Source: an uncultured Candidatus Saccharibacteria bacterium (GTDB lineage: Bacteria > Patescibacteriota > Minisyncoccia > Phycocordibacterales > UBA918). Taken from it: a DNA stretch of 64,000 bases. Both the position numbers and the translations under genes were made by a program. The DNA is taken from NCBI GenBank assembly GCA_964626635.1, contig CAZVFY010000002.1, positions 72,415 to 136,414 on the forward strand, read 5' to 3'. Below, piece by piece: positions 30,095-38,414 of this stretch (its first letter is position 1; each line of letters begins with the position of its first letter). A model generated the notes under the pieces. The model saw nothing but the letters and a program-made list of their open reading frames with translations, had not been told where the DNA came from and ran no database searches.

Positions 30095-30122
30095 TCCGAC
30101 GTAAGGGAAACCTTGCGTCGGA
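30095..30122 (+). other. 12-bp stem with GAAA (GNRA) tetraloop RNA hairpin
   Basis: UCCGACGUAAGG-GAAA-CCUUGCGUCGGA with one G-U pair. No U-tract follows. It lies 54 nt upstream of tRNA-Asn. Confidence 0.4.
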
Positions 30123-30175
30123 ACCCCGGATGTTAAATAAAAATGAATAAATTCATTTTTGCTTGGATCCTCCAT

Positions 30176-30248
30176 TCCGCCGTAGCTCAGCGGTAGAGCA
30201 GTTGGCTGTTAACCAATTGGTCGTAGGTTCGAATCCTACCGGCGGAGC
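30176..30248 (+). tRNA. tRNA-Asn (GTT)
   Basis: Manual cloverleaf. 7-bp acceptor TCCGCCG/CGGCGGA, D-arm GCTC..GAGC, anticodon loop CTGTTAA, T-arm GTAGG-TTCGAAT-CCTAC, discriminator G. CCA is not encoded. Confidence 0.9.
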
Positions 30249-30252
30249 AAAA

Positions 30253-30277
30253 AGGAGGCCTGGTCGGCCTCCTTCAC
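30253..30277 (+). terminator. Hairpin terminator after the tRNA
   Basis: AGGAGGCC-tggtc-GGCCTCCT followed by a T-poor tail. Confidence 0.45.
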
Positions 30278-30280
30278 CCT

Positions 30281-30760
30281 TCACATCCCAGCCATTTTTT
30301 TGTATAGGTTGGTTCCCCTATTGCCAGTAGACTGCGCGACTAGGGTAAAACCTAGTTTGATGTACAGTGCGTTCGCTGCCTGTCGCGATGGGCGGCTAGT
30401 TAAGTACACTTTTATCTTGCTTTTTTTGCGTACGGCAAATTCATCCACTAGCGCCAGCAGCGATTGCACCAGCGATTCACCAACTCCTTGTCCGCGTTCT
30501 TGCTGGTCTACAACCACGTCGTGAATCTCTGCCATCCAGCGAGCCAGATTTCTTTGCAGAAAGACAGTTGCCATCCCAACAATTTCCCTTTCCTTAACAG
30601 GTGATTTAGCCACTAGTAAGCAAAAGTTAGGGTTCTTTAACGCTTCAGTAAGGTCTAACGAGGATATGGTCTTGGCGGTACCAGGCGATTGTTGTTGCAG
30701 CAACCTGTTGATCTCATGTATGTCGACTGAGTCTGCGGTTGTAACGCGTTGAATGTTCAT
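30281..30760 (-). CDS. GNAT family N-acetyltransferase
   Basis: Acetyl-CoA binding VVDQQERGQGVGESLV. Confidence 0.75.
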   Translation of the reverse strand: MNIQRVTTADSVDIHEINRLLQQQSPGTAKTISSLDLTEALKNPNFCLLVAKSPVKEREIVGMATVFLQRNLARWMAEIHDVVVDQQERGQGVGESLVQSLLALVDEFAVRKKSKIKVYLTSRPSRQAANALYIKLGFTLVAQSTGNRGTNLYKKMAGM

Positions 30761-30838
30761 AACCCATCCTTTGTTTGTAGGTGTTATTCCAAATTAAATT
30801 TAATTGCTCTCAACTGAATTGTCAACAAATCTAGTCTG

Positions 30839-31333
30839 TTAGCCGGGTTTCAACTCCGCATAATTAAACAACTCACTAAACGTTACACACCAGTACATCA
30901 CATAGCGGTACTCGCTAATGTCAATGTCATTTGGGACGGTGTAATTGATGTTACCGCTGGTGCCGCGAACCGGACCAAGATCGACGAAATCAGACGCTTC
31001 TAGGTCGTTGGCGAGGTACAAGTGCACCCGCGGGCCGCTGACCGTTTGGAAATCTTCGTAGCGGATAATGGTGTTATCTGCCGTTTCGATGATTCTGACG
31101 TGACCGCTGGCGGGGTAATTATCAGTATCTATAATGGGTAGCGCTGGCTGTGTAATAGATTCAAGAGCTTCAGTGGTACTGGCTACTGATGCCTCGTCGC
31201 TATTACTACCTGGATCGAGTAACGCAGTCGGTAGCGCATCGTCAACTACAACCTGCACATCGCGAAACAACACATACCACACCACTGCAGCCAATCCGAC
31301 AATTACGGCTACAAAATAAACAGCGTATTTCAT
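30839..31333 (-). CDS. DM13 domain protein with N-terminal membrane anchor
   Basis: N-terminal TM helix. C-terminal DM13-like region (GPRVHLYLAN..GNINYTVPNDIDISEYRYVMYWC). Confidence 0.55.
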   Translation of the reverse strand: MKYAVYFVAVIVGLAAVVWYVLFRDVQVVVDDALPTALLDPGSNSDEASVASTTEALESITQPALPIIDTDNYPASGHVRIIETADNTIIRYEDFQTVSGPRVHLYLANDLEASDFVDLGPVRGTSGNINYTVPNDIDISEYRYVMYWCVTFSELFNYAELKPG

Positions 31334-31339
31334 ACTGCG

Positions 31340-31591
31340 CTAAATGATAAAAAACGTTAGATAGCCAATGTACAAAGCGGCAATCGCGTACAACACAGCC
31401 CAGCCCCGCGTAATAGGTAAGTAGCGTTTGATGAACCAGTTCTGTTCGATGGTGGTATCACCTACCCGGGTAAAGCTAATAACGAGCGCTAAGCACGCAT
31501 CAATCAATACCAGTGTGGCAATAATTTCAAATAGCATAGCTACATTATAACAGTTTGAAACTCTATAAAAATTAATGGCAATACATAGCAT
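31340..31591 (-). CDS. Small 3-TM membrane protein, hypothetical
   Basis: 83 aa, hydrophobic. Confidence 0.35.
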   Translation of the reverse strand: MLCIAINFYRVSNCYNVAMLFEIIATLVLIDACLALVISFTRVGDTTIEQNWFIKRYLPITRGWAVLYAIAALYIGYLTFFII

Positions 31592-31651
31592 TATATTTTA
31601 AAACGCACGCAGCTTGGCTGCGTGCGTTTTATGTTACGTGCTACTACTTTG

Positions 31652-32434
31652 TTAACGACGTAAAATGCTGTATGGTGTCGCCTTATATGAGCGCCGTGCG
31701 GCCGATTCAACCAGGCGGTTGCTCTCGAATGCGCGAATGATTTTGTTCATCGGCCATTCGTTCAGGCCTTGTAACCACTCATCATCGTACCCCGTATCAG
31801 CCATATCAGCATTGTGATGGACAAATGATTCGTTGTGCTGATGCAACACGGCGTCCGGAATGAGGGCGAATTTGATGTCGCAGTGTTCGTGCAGGGCGGT
31901 GCCCAACTCTTCGTCTTCTCGACCGTCACCTTCGTACGAGTCATTGAATTCAACGCAATCAAAGAAGGCAGCTCGATCAATCGAAAATGCCAGCGACCAG
32001 AACTCGGTGTGTGACACTGGTTCAGGAGCGGGGAAGTACTGGCGATCAGGGTGTTCGATCGCCTCTTCTAGAATGTCATCGTAGTTCATGTCGGTCGGGG
32101 TTGATGGCAAATATAGTGGGTATGGCATCAATACCGTATCTGGCTGATGGTATCGCTTGACGGTCCGCAGCAATGTTGGTGTCACTATACAGTCTGCGTC
32201 GAGAAATAATAATACGTCACCAGTTGAGTGCTCGGCGCCAATTTGGCGTGCCGCTAGTGAATTCATGCCGCTGGCGTCAATTACTTTGGTGGTTTTGGTT
32301 GCACTGATCGCTGGGCGATCAAGACAAATAATAATGTGTTCGTGTGGGGTTCGGTCTTGGGCTTCGATAGATTTAATTTGGTTTTGTACTTGGGCGTATC
32401 GTCCTTTTACGATTGTAATGATACTAATTTGCAT
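31652..32434 (-). CDS. Glycosyltransferase family 2
   Basis: MQISIITIVKGR.. and a DAD-like motif LFLDADCI. Confidence 0.7.
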   Translation of the reverse strand: MQISIITIVKGRYAQVQNQIKSIEAQDRTPHEHIIICLDRPAISATKTTKVIDASGMNSLAARQIGAEHSTGDVLLFLDADCIVTPTLLRTVKRYHQPDTVLMPYPLYLPSTPTDMNYDDILEEAIEHPDRQYFPAPEPVSHTEFWSLAFSIDRAAFFDCVEFNDSYEGDGREDEELGTALHEHCDIKFALIPDAVLHQHNESFVHHNADMADTGYDDEWLQGLNEWPMNKIIRAFESNRLVESAARRSYKATPYSILRR

Positions 32435-32447
32435 ATTATGGTATTGA

Positions 32448-32465
32448 ACGTTTTTAATTAAAAAC
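32448..32465. repeat. Perfect 18-bp palindrome CGTTTTTAATTAAAAACG
   Basis: Read directly. It is centred on TTAATTAA, 13 nt upstream of the GT2 start codon (minus strand), in the divergent intergenic region. Confidence 0.9.
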
Positions 32466-32704
32466 GCTGTACACGTTTCAGTTGGGCGGTAATGGAGGGA
32501 GTTGCGGTAGTAGTTTTAATATCTTGCTTCAATGCTTCTTAACCAAAGTAGATGAGTGTAGGCAATACAGCATCACTTTGTCAGTTTACAATAACATAAT
32601 TTGGGGAGGATATGTAAAGAAAGCTCATGTGGATAAGAGTTATAGGTTTAAATAACTTTATTTTGACAAAAAGAAATATCTCATAGACATAGTATAATAG
32701 ACCG

Positions 32705-34108
32705 ATGTTGCACGCTCTTTCTGAACCAATCGTATTCAGTGATGTCGAAACCACTGGCGGGAACGCCGTACGCAATCGCGTCACCGAAGTAGCGGCGATT
32801 CGCTATGAAGGCGGTGTAGAAGTCGGGCGCCTTAATACGTTAGTCAACCCGCAGGCACGCATCCCGTTCAATATCACCATGCTCACCGGCATCAGTAACA
32901 CGATGACAGACACGGCGCCCGAGTTTGCTGATATTGCGGATGATGTGGCTGAGCTGTTTGCGGGGGCGACACTCATCGCGCACCACGCACGGTTTGATTA
33001 CTCGTTTATTCGGGCCGAGATGAATCGGGCTGGACACCAATTTGAATGTCCGCAAATCTGTACTGCCAAATTATCACGCGCGCTCTACAGCGAATACCGG
33101 ACGCATAATCTGTCTGACATTATTGAGCGATTTGGGTTTACGTGCGAGGCTCGCCACCGAGCGATGGGAGATACCGAGGTGCTGGTGCAGCTCGCGCACC
33201 AAATTGACAATGACTTTAGTCAGTCGACTATCACGAACGCCCTCGAGCGTAGTCAATCACGCGCTACGCTACCACCCAATGTGCCCAAAGACACCATCGA
33301 CCGACTGCCGCATACGCCGGGTGTATACAGTTTTTATGGTAAAGACGGCGAGCTACTGTACGTCGGCAAGAGTATTGATATACGTGGGCGGGTACTGAGT
33401 CATTTCAGTAATGCCTCGCGTGATAGTAAATCAAGGCGGATATTTACCGAGGTCTACGACGTCCAGTACGAAGAGACCGCGGATGATTTCTCAGCGCAGC
33501 TCCTCGAGATTCATAAGATTAAACATGACATGCCAATCTATAACCGTAAACTGCGCCGCAACGAACGATTGTGGGCACTAACGGCCAAGAATGACAATGG
33601 TGGCAATGCCATCGCTGATGATTCGGCGCCAGTCGCGTTTACCTTGACCCCGCTCGACGCCGAATTACAACAACAGCCCGAGCGGGTGTACGCCGTGTAC
33701 CGCACCAAACGTGCCGCCAAAACTGCGCTCGATGGCCTGGTCAAAACCCATGGCCTTTGTCCTAAATTACTCGGCGCCGAGTCTGGTAAAGGGGCGTGTT
33801 TTTCATCACAGTTAGGGGTGTGTCAGGGTGCGTGTACTGGACGTCTGTCAGCCAAAGAGTACAACCAGCAAGTTGCAAAAGTGTTCGAGAAGCAACGCTT
33901 GCGCCATTGGCCGTACGCTGGCCCCCGAGAGATCATTAAACGCACGCCAGATATGCAGCGATCAGAACGGTTCGTGGTCGATAACTGGGTATTGCAGTCG
34001 GCGACAATTCTCGAGGAACAGGCAGAGCGCGCGTTCTTTCCTACCGGCGAACTGCAGTTTGACTATGATGTATACAAAGTCTTGGTCAAAGAACTATTGC
34101 GCGCATAG
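32705..34108 (+). CDS. DnaQ-family 3'-5' exonuclease fused to a GIY-YIG (UvrC-like) endonuclease domain
   Basis: N-terminal DEDDh exonuclease (IVFSDVETTG...HHARFDYSF...HRAMGD). Central GIY-YIG (PGVYSFYGKDGELLYVGKSIDIRGRVLSHF). A perfect TATAAT lies 12 nt upstream of the ATG. Confidence 0.75.
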   Translation: MLHALSEPIVFSDVETTGGNAVRNRVTEVAAIRYEGGVEVGRLNTLVNPQARIPFNITMLTGISNTMTDTAPEFADIADDVAELFAGATLIAHHARFDYSFIRAEMNRAGHQFECPQICTAKLSRALYSEYRTHNLSDIIERFGFTCEARHRAMGDTEVLVQLAHQIDNDFSQSTITNALERSQSRATLPPNVPKDTIDRLPHTPGVYSFYGKDGELLYVGKSIDIRGRVLSHFSNASRDSKSRRIFTEVYDVQYEETADDFSAQLLEIHKIKHDMPIYNRKLRRNERLWALTAKNDNGGNAIADDSAPVAFTLTPLDAELQQQPERVYAVYRTKRAAKTALDGLVKTHGLCPKLLGAESGKGACFSSQLGVCQGACTGRLSAKEYNQQVAKVFEKQRLRHWPYAGPREIIKRTPDMQRSERFVVDNWVLQSATILEEQAERAFFPTGELQFDYDVYKVLVKELLRA

Positions 34109-34164
34109 TGGCTGGTAGCAATTAGTGGTATAATAATTGTATTACACAATAACGACTGATCAAT

Positions 34165-34479
34165 ATGTTAACACTGTATTACAAGGAAACGTGTCCATTC
34201 TGTCAGCGCGTTATGGAAATGGCAGCCAACCTGAGCGTCACGTTTGATGAAACCAAAGACATCGAAGAATCTGGCATCGCCGACGAACTAATTACGCGCG
34301 GCGGCAAGCGTCAAGTGCCGTACCTCGTCGACTCTGATCGCGACGTTGCGATGTATGAATCAAATGACATCATCGACTATTTGCGCGAGCATTACGCTGG
34401 TACCGCGACCGATACTGACAAAAAGCCCAAGATTCACAATGCCGGAGCCGGCGCCACTTGTGTCGCGTGCGAAGGCTAG
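34165..34479 (+). CDS. Glutaredoxin-like / GST N-terminal thioredoxin-fold protein
   Basis: CPFC active site. Resembles Grx2-type (LTLYYKETCPFCQRV..GKRQVPYLVD..YESNDIIDYL). Confidence 0.6.
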   Translation: MLTLYYKETCPFCQRVMEMAANLSVTFDETKDIEESGIADELITRGGKRQVPYLVDSDRDVAMYESNDIIDYLREHYAGTATDTDKKPKIHNAGAGATCVACEG

Positions 34480-34527
34480 CGCCACCCAAACAGTCACGAA
34501 TAGCCACTATTCACTAACAACAGTTCT

Positions 34528-34896
34528 ATGGACATCCAATACCATTTCAATGGATTACGGGAAGCCGAAGAATTACGAGACACTGTCACGCAGAAACTAG
34601 AGCAGCTCAAAAAGTTTACCAAACGCGCGAACAGTGTGTACGCTGAAGTTGAATTTAGTAAAACGGCCGCGCAACACAATGGTCCGGTCTATCGATGCGA
34701 GGTAAATTTGCGGGTCGATGGGGCACTGTATCGCGCCGAAGCGACCGAAGAATCATTCTTGGCCGCCGTGGACGAAGTGCGGAACGAATTAGATAAAGAA
34801 CTACGTCGCGCCAAGGGTAAGTACTTCGCGCTACGCGAGAAAGCCGGCCGCACGATCAAGCGTCTGATGCGTCGCGGCGGCGGCGAACTAGCATAG
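34528..34896 (+). CDS. hpf: Ribosome hibernation promoting factor (HPF/RaiA, short form)
   Basis: MDIQYHFNGLREAEELRDTVTQKLEQL..VYAEVEFSK..YRCEVNLRVDG. Confidence 0.8.
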   Translation: MDIQYHFNGLREAEELRDTVTQKLEQLKKFTKRANSVYAEVEFSKTAAQHNGPVYRCEVNLRVDGALYRAEATEESFLAAVDEVRNELDKELRRAKGKYFALREKAGRTIKRLMRRGGGELA

Positions 34897-34948
34897 TCGC
34901 AGGATTAGCAAGGTGCAGCGACTCAGCTCTACGCGAGGCCACTGACGA

Positions 34949-35827
34949 CTACCGTAGCGACGCCAGCCAATCTGTAAACGTGACTGGCTTGCGACCGGCT
35001 GGCACCACCACGAGGGGGCACAGTACACTACCGGTGTACTGTGCTTCTTTTAGTTTAATCCGCTCGCCCTCATGCATGAAAAATGTGTCACCCATCCCCG
35101 CGTACGCATTGACCTTGAGCCAAGCGTCCCACGCACCTGTGCCCGTCGGTAGGTCATGCGGGTCGAGGGCGATCTCGGCGTCCGCGCGACTCAGTTTGCT
35201 GCAGTAGGTGGCAGCGGCGTGGTCTTGGGGTGCTGGGTGTATTTTGCCTGCGATGAATGACGGCAAGGTGGTTGCCAACAACCTGCCACCAATCTCTCCC
35301 AGTTCGGTATCCAGGTGCGGGCCAGGCGACGGCCACTCGGGCGGGGTGTAGGCTTGTTGGGCAAGGATTGGTCCGTGGTCCATCTCCTCGTCGAGCAGCA
35401 TGACGCTCACCCCCAGTGCCTCGGGCTGATCGCGCAAAATCGCACTGCGAATCGGGCTGGCACCACGCAGTAACGGTAATAAAGATGGATGAACATTGAG
35501 CGTGCCGAGTGCAGGGATCGCCAGCAGCCAGCTCGGTACAATATAATTGTACGCCACTACCACAAACACTTGGGCGTGCACAGCCTCGAGCGCGCTGGTC
35601 AAATCAGCCTTCGCCTCGGGAGTTTTGTAGGTCGCAGGCTGCAAGCAGGGAATATCATGTGCCTCGGCCCAGGCGGCGACCGGTGGCTGAGTCATGACTT
35701 GTTTGCGGCCGACGGGCTTGTCGGGGCTAGCGATGATCAGTGACGGCGTCAGGCCAGCCGCCGCGAGTTGCTCTAGCACCGGAACGCCGATTGGTTCACC
35801 ACCAAAGTAGACAAAGGGAACATTCAT
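34949..35827 (-). CDS. fmt: Methionyl-tRNA formyltransferase
   Basis: NVHPSLLPLLRGASPI motif, 292 aa. Adjacent to def. Confidence 0.9.
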   Translation of the reverse strand: MNVPFVYFGGEPIGVPVLEQLAAAGLTPSLIIASPDKPVGRKQVMTQPPVAAWAEAHDIPCLQPATYKTPEAKADLTSALEAVHAQVFVVVAYNYIVPSWLLAIPALGTLNVHPSLLPLLRGASPIRSAILRDQPEALGVSVMLLDEEMDHGPILAQQAYTPPEWPSPGPHLDTELGEIGGRLLATTLPSFIAGKIHPAPQDHAAATYCSKLSRADAEIALDPHDLPTGTGAWDAWLKVNAYAGMGDTFFMHEGERIKLKEAQYTGSVLCPLVVVPAGRKPVTFTDWLASLR

Positions 35828-35833
35828 ACCGTT

Positions 35834-36367
35834 CTAGTCGCCAGCTTCTCTGATGCCATCAGGCGCTTCGCCAGCTTTCCAGGTGCGCTCGGCGCGATCA
35901 GGAAAGAGAATACCATCAAGATGATCGTATTCGTGCTGGATAATCTGCGCCAGTAGTCCACCCGCCCCACGTTCGTATAGTTGCCCGTCCTCATTGAGGG
36001 CTGACATGGTGACGTTTTTGTGGCGACGAACCAGGCCGTATAGGTTTGGCAGAGAGAGGCAGCCTTCGCCCATTTCCTGCGTTTTTTTGGACACGCTAGT
36101 AAAGTGGGGATTGACCGCCACCAGACTAGGTAGTCGATCGGCGTCTTTGGATTGGTCTTCGATAATAAACACCCGTTTGCTGATACCGACTTGCGGCGCG
36201 GCGATCGCAACGGCCGCGTAGCCATCGACGTCGTACTGTTTAATAGCGCTCCGCAGATCTTTCACGATTTTAGCCAGGGTACCATCATTAAATTCCTCCG
36301 GGGTGACTTCCTCGGCGATGGTGTGGAGGGCTGGATGGGTCGGGGGGACGAGTTTGCTCATGGTCAC
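35834..36367 (-). CDS. def: Peptide deformylase
   Basis: Three PDF motifs: IAAPQVG, EGCLS and QHEYDHLDG. Confidence 0.9.
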   Translation of the reverse strand: MTMSKLVPPTHPALHTIAEEVTPEEFNDGTLAKIVKDLRSAIKQYDVDGYAAVAIAAPQVGISKRVFIIEDQSKDADRLPSLVAVNPHFTSVSKKTQEMGEGCLSLPNLYGLVRRHKNVTMSALNEDGQLYERGAGGLLAQIIQHEYDHLDGILFPDRAERTWKAGEAPDGIREAGD

Positions 36368-36415
36368 ACTATACGTAATGATCGGGTATTTGAAAAGAGT
36401 AACAGCTGACGATTG

Positions 36416-38317
36416 CTATACAATTCGGCAAGGATTCACTTCAATTTTTACGTACGGCGGAAGTAATTGCAGCGTACGAACAATGTCCGCATGCGACTGA
36501 TCGGGTGTGATCCGTAGCAATCCGTGGCGCAGCACGTGCGCGCGGGTACTGGTGGGGTTGGTGTACCACTCGAATTCAGTTGCCAGCGTTCCAAGTATTT
36601 GCTTGATATTCGCCTCGGCTGGTTTGACCACGTCACTAGCGCCTCGCCAACTGAGCAGCACCAGTGTCACGAATGGCGGATACTGCATAGCACTCCGCAG
36701 CGCTAGCTCCTCATCATAAAATTTCTCTACCGCGCCGCGCCTGGCAATGTTGATAATCGCATCGTGATCCTCGTCATAATCAGCCCGGGTTTGCAAGAGG
36801 ACATCGCCGCTGGTGCACTCACGCAGGGTCAGTAATAACTGCAACAGTTCTTGGTCAGCTTCCCAGGTGGGGACGCTGCGAGCGCTCTCAAGCGAGCTGA
36901 CCACAGATAGATCGGAGGACGCCATATGAGGTAGCGACAGCTTGGTGCCGATTAGTACGGACCCGGGCGTGTCGTGGTACTGCCGGATGGCTTGTTTGAG
37001 AGCGGTAACAGTTTTGGTTGACTCGGCGTCAACGACGATTGGCGTGCTATCAGGGAACCATGCTGACCACGCATCAACGATCTGCTGGATCCCAACCCCG
37101 CGTTCGCTCAGTCGCCACGACCGACATTGTGGACACGTGTCTGGCGCCGTCGACCGCGCACCTGACACCGAATCAACGACTAGCCGCACAGTTTCGCCAG
37201 CTCGATTCGTCGTCTCTAATAGTGAGTAAACGCCGCCGGTGGTGGCGTTTTGTAATACATGTCCACAGTCCCGACACATGATGAGCGGCGCTAACCCGCG
37301 ACGCGGACAGTACACGTACACGCGGCCGCGATTGTCTATCGTCTGTTGGATCTGCTCTCTCACAGCCGCGTGAATCAGTTCGTATGGTTGGGTCGGAGTT
37401 GGCGCCGGATGCGGCTGCAGTACCAAGCTACCAGGCAAATTCAACCGCCTGACACTGCTGCCGCGGGTGTCGTAGTGTTCGCTACGCCGGTGGTGTTCTA
37501 TGGTGACCGGCAGCAGCGTGTCCGCCAGTAATAATGGGACATCAAGCGCCTGAGAGTACGCCTCGAGAGCCGTGCGATGATCAATGTATGGGCGGCGATT
37601 GCTGACGTAGCTGCGATGACTGACATCATCTACTATCACCTGGCCGTACGCCAAGACTGACTCGTAAGCGTGGGCCGGAGTGGTCACAACGACAATCGGC
37701 TTGCCGGCTTGCTGCAGCGCGAGGCGTTTGGTGTGGGTGCGCTTGTTCGTATCTCGCAGCAGGAGCGTGCGCTCGGGCAGACTGTCGAGAAATGGCTGGG
37801 AGAGACGCTCTGCCAAGACTTTGCTAGGCGCGACGAGTAACAGTGAGCGACCGTGAGCCAACGTTTCGCGAGCCAGCAGTTGGTATTCGGCGATGCGTTC
37901 GGCCCGACTGAGCGCGAGGGTGCTAACGCTGTGCGTGATGGGGCTAGCGTCCATCTGGGGTGGGGCGGTTGCGAGCGTGTGGTCGCCCGAGCGCACGTCA
38001 CTTGGTAACAATTGGTACAAGAGTGCGCCGAGCGACGCTGGGTACCTCGCCGAGAGTGTCTCGGCAGTCTTGATCAGTTCCGCTGGTACCTGGGCTGCCG
38101 CAGACTGGCTAGGTAGTTTGCGTAACGTGAAGCTGGCCGTCCGTAATGCCGCCTTGTCCGTAGTCACGGGATCGCAGGCCACTACTAGACCGGTGCGAGT
38201 TTGTTTACGAATGGGAATCGTGATCAGTGATCCGATGGGGTGCTCGACCTTAGAATAATAAGTGAGTTCCTCGATATTCTGACCGCGCACCAAGGGCGTA
38301 ACTCGAACCGTGAACAT
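36416..38317 (-). CDS. priA: Primosomal protein N' (PriA-like), with a degenerate Walker A
   Basis: N-terminal 3'-DNA-binding domain (MFTVRVTPLVRGQNIEELTYY). DExH-like VIVDDVSH. Cys-rich zinc-binding region (CPRRG...CRDCGH...CPQC). No GxxxxGK[ST] was found. Confidence 0.6.
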   Translation of the reverse strand: MFTVRVTPLVRGQNIEELTYYSKVEHPIGSLITIPIRKQTRTGLVVACDPVTTDKAALRTASFTLRKLPSQSAAAQVPAELIKTAETLSARYPASLGALLYQLLPSDVRSGDHTLATAPPQMDASPITHSVSTLALSRAERIAEYQLLARETLAHGRSLLLVAPSKVLAERLSQPFLDSLPERTLLLRDTNKRTHTKRLALQQAGKPIVVVTTPAHAYESVLAYGQVIVDDVSHRSYVSNRRPYIDHRTALEAYSQALDVPLLLADTLLPVTIEHHRRSEHYDTRGSSVRRLNLPGSLVLQPHPAPTPTQPYELIHAAVREQIQQTIDNRGRVYVYCPRRGLAPLIMCRDCGHVLQNATTGGVYSLLETTNRAGETVRLVVDSVSGARSTAPDTCPQCRSWRLSERGVGIQQIVDAWSAWFPDSTPIVVDAESTKTVTALKQAIRQYHDTPGSVLIGTKLSLPHMASSDLSVVSSLESARSVPTWEADQELLQLLLTLRECTSGDVLLQTRADYDEDHDAIINIARRGAVEKFYDEELALRSAMQYPPFVTLVLLSWRGASDVVKPAEANIKQILGTLATEFEWYTNPTSTRAHVLRHGLLRITPDQSHADIVRTLQLLPPYVKIEVNPCRIV

Positions 38318-38414
38318 GTGAGTCAGTGTAGCAAATTACGCATCTGGCGGCTCGTGTCGCCCGCGCGGCAGGCACTTGCTACCAGTCCTTCGTGCACAAT
38401 AATTATCATCGGGA

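Noticed and set aside
30095-30122. GNRA hairpin as the intrinsic terminator of the DedA-like gene
   Set aside because: No U-tract follows the stem; the next bases are ACCCCGGAUG.
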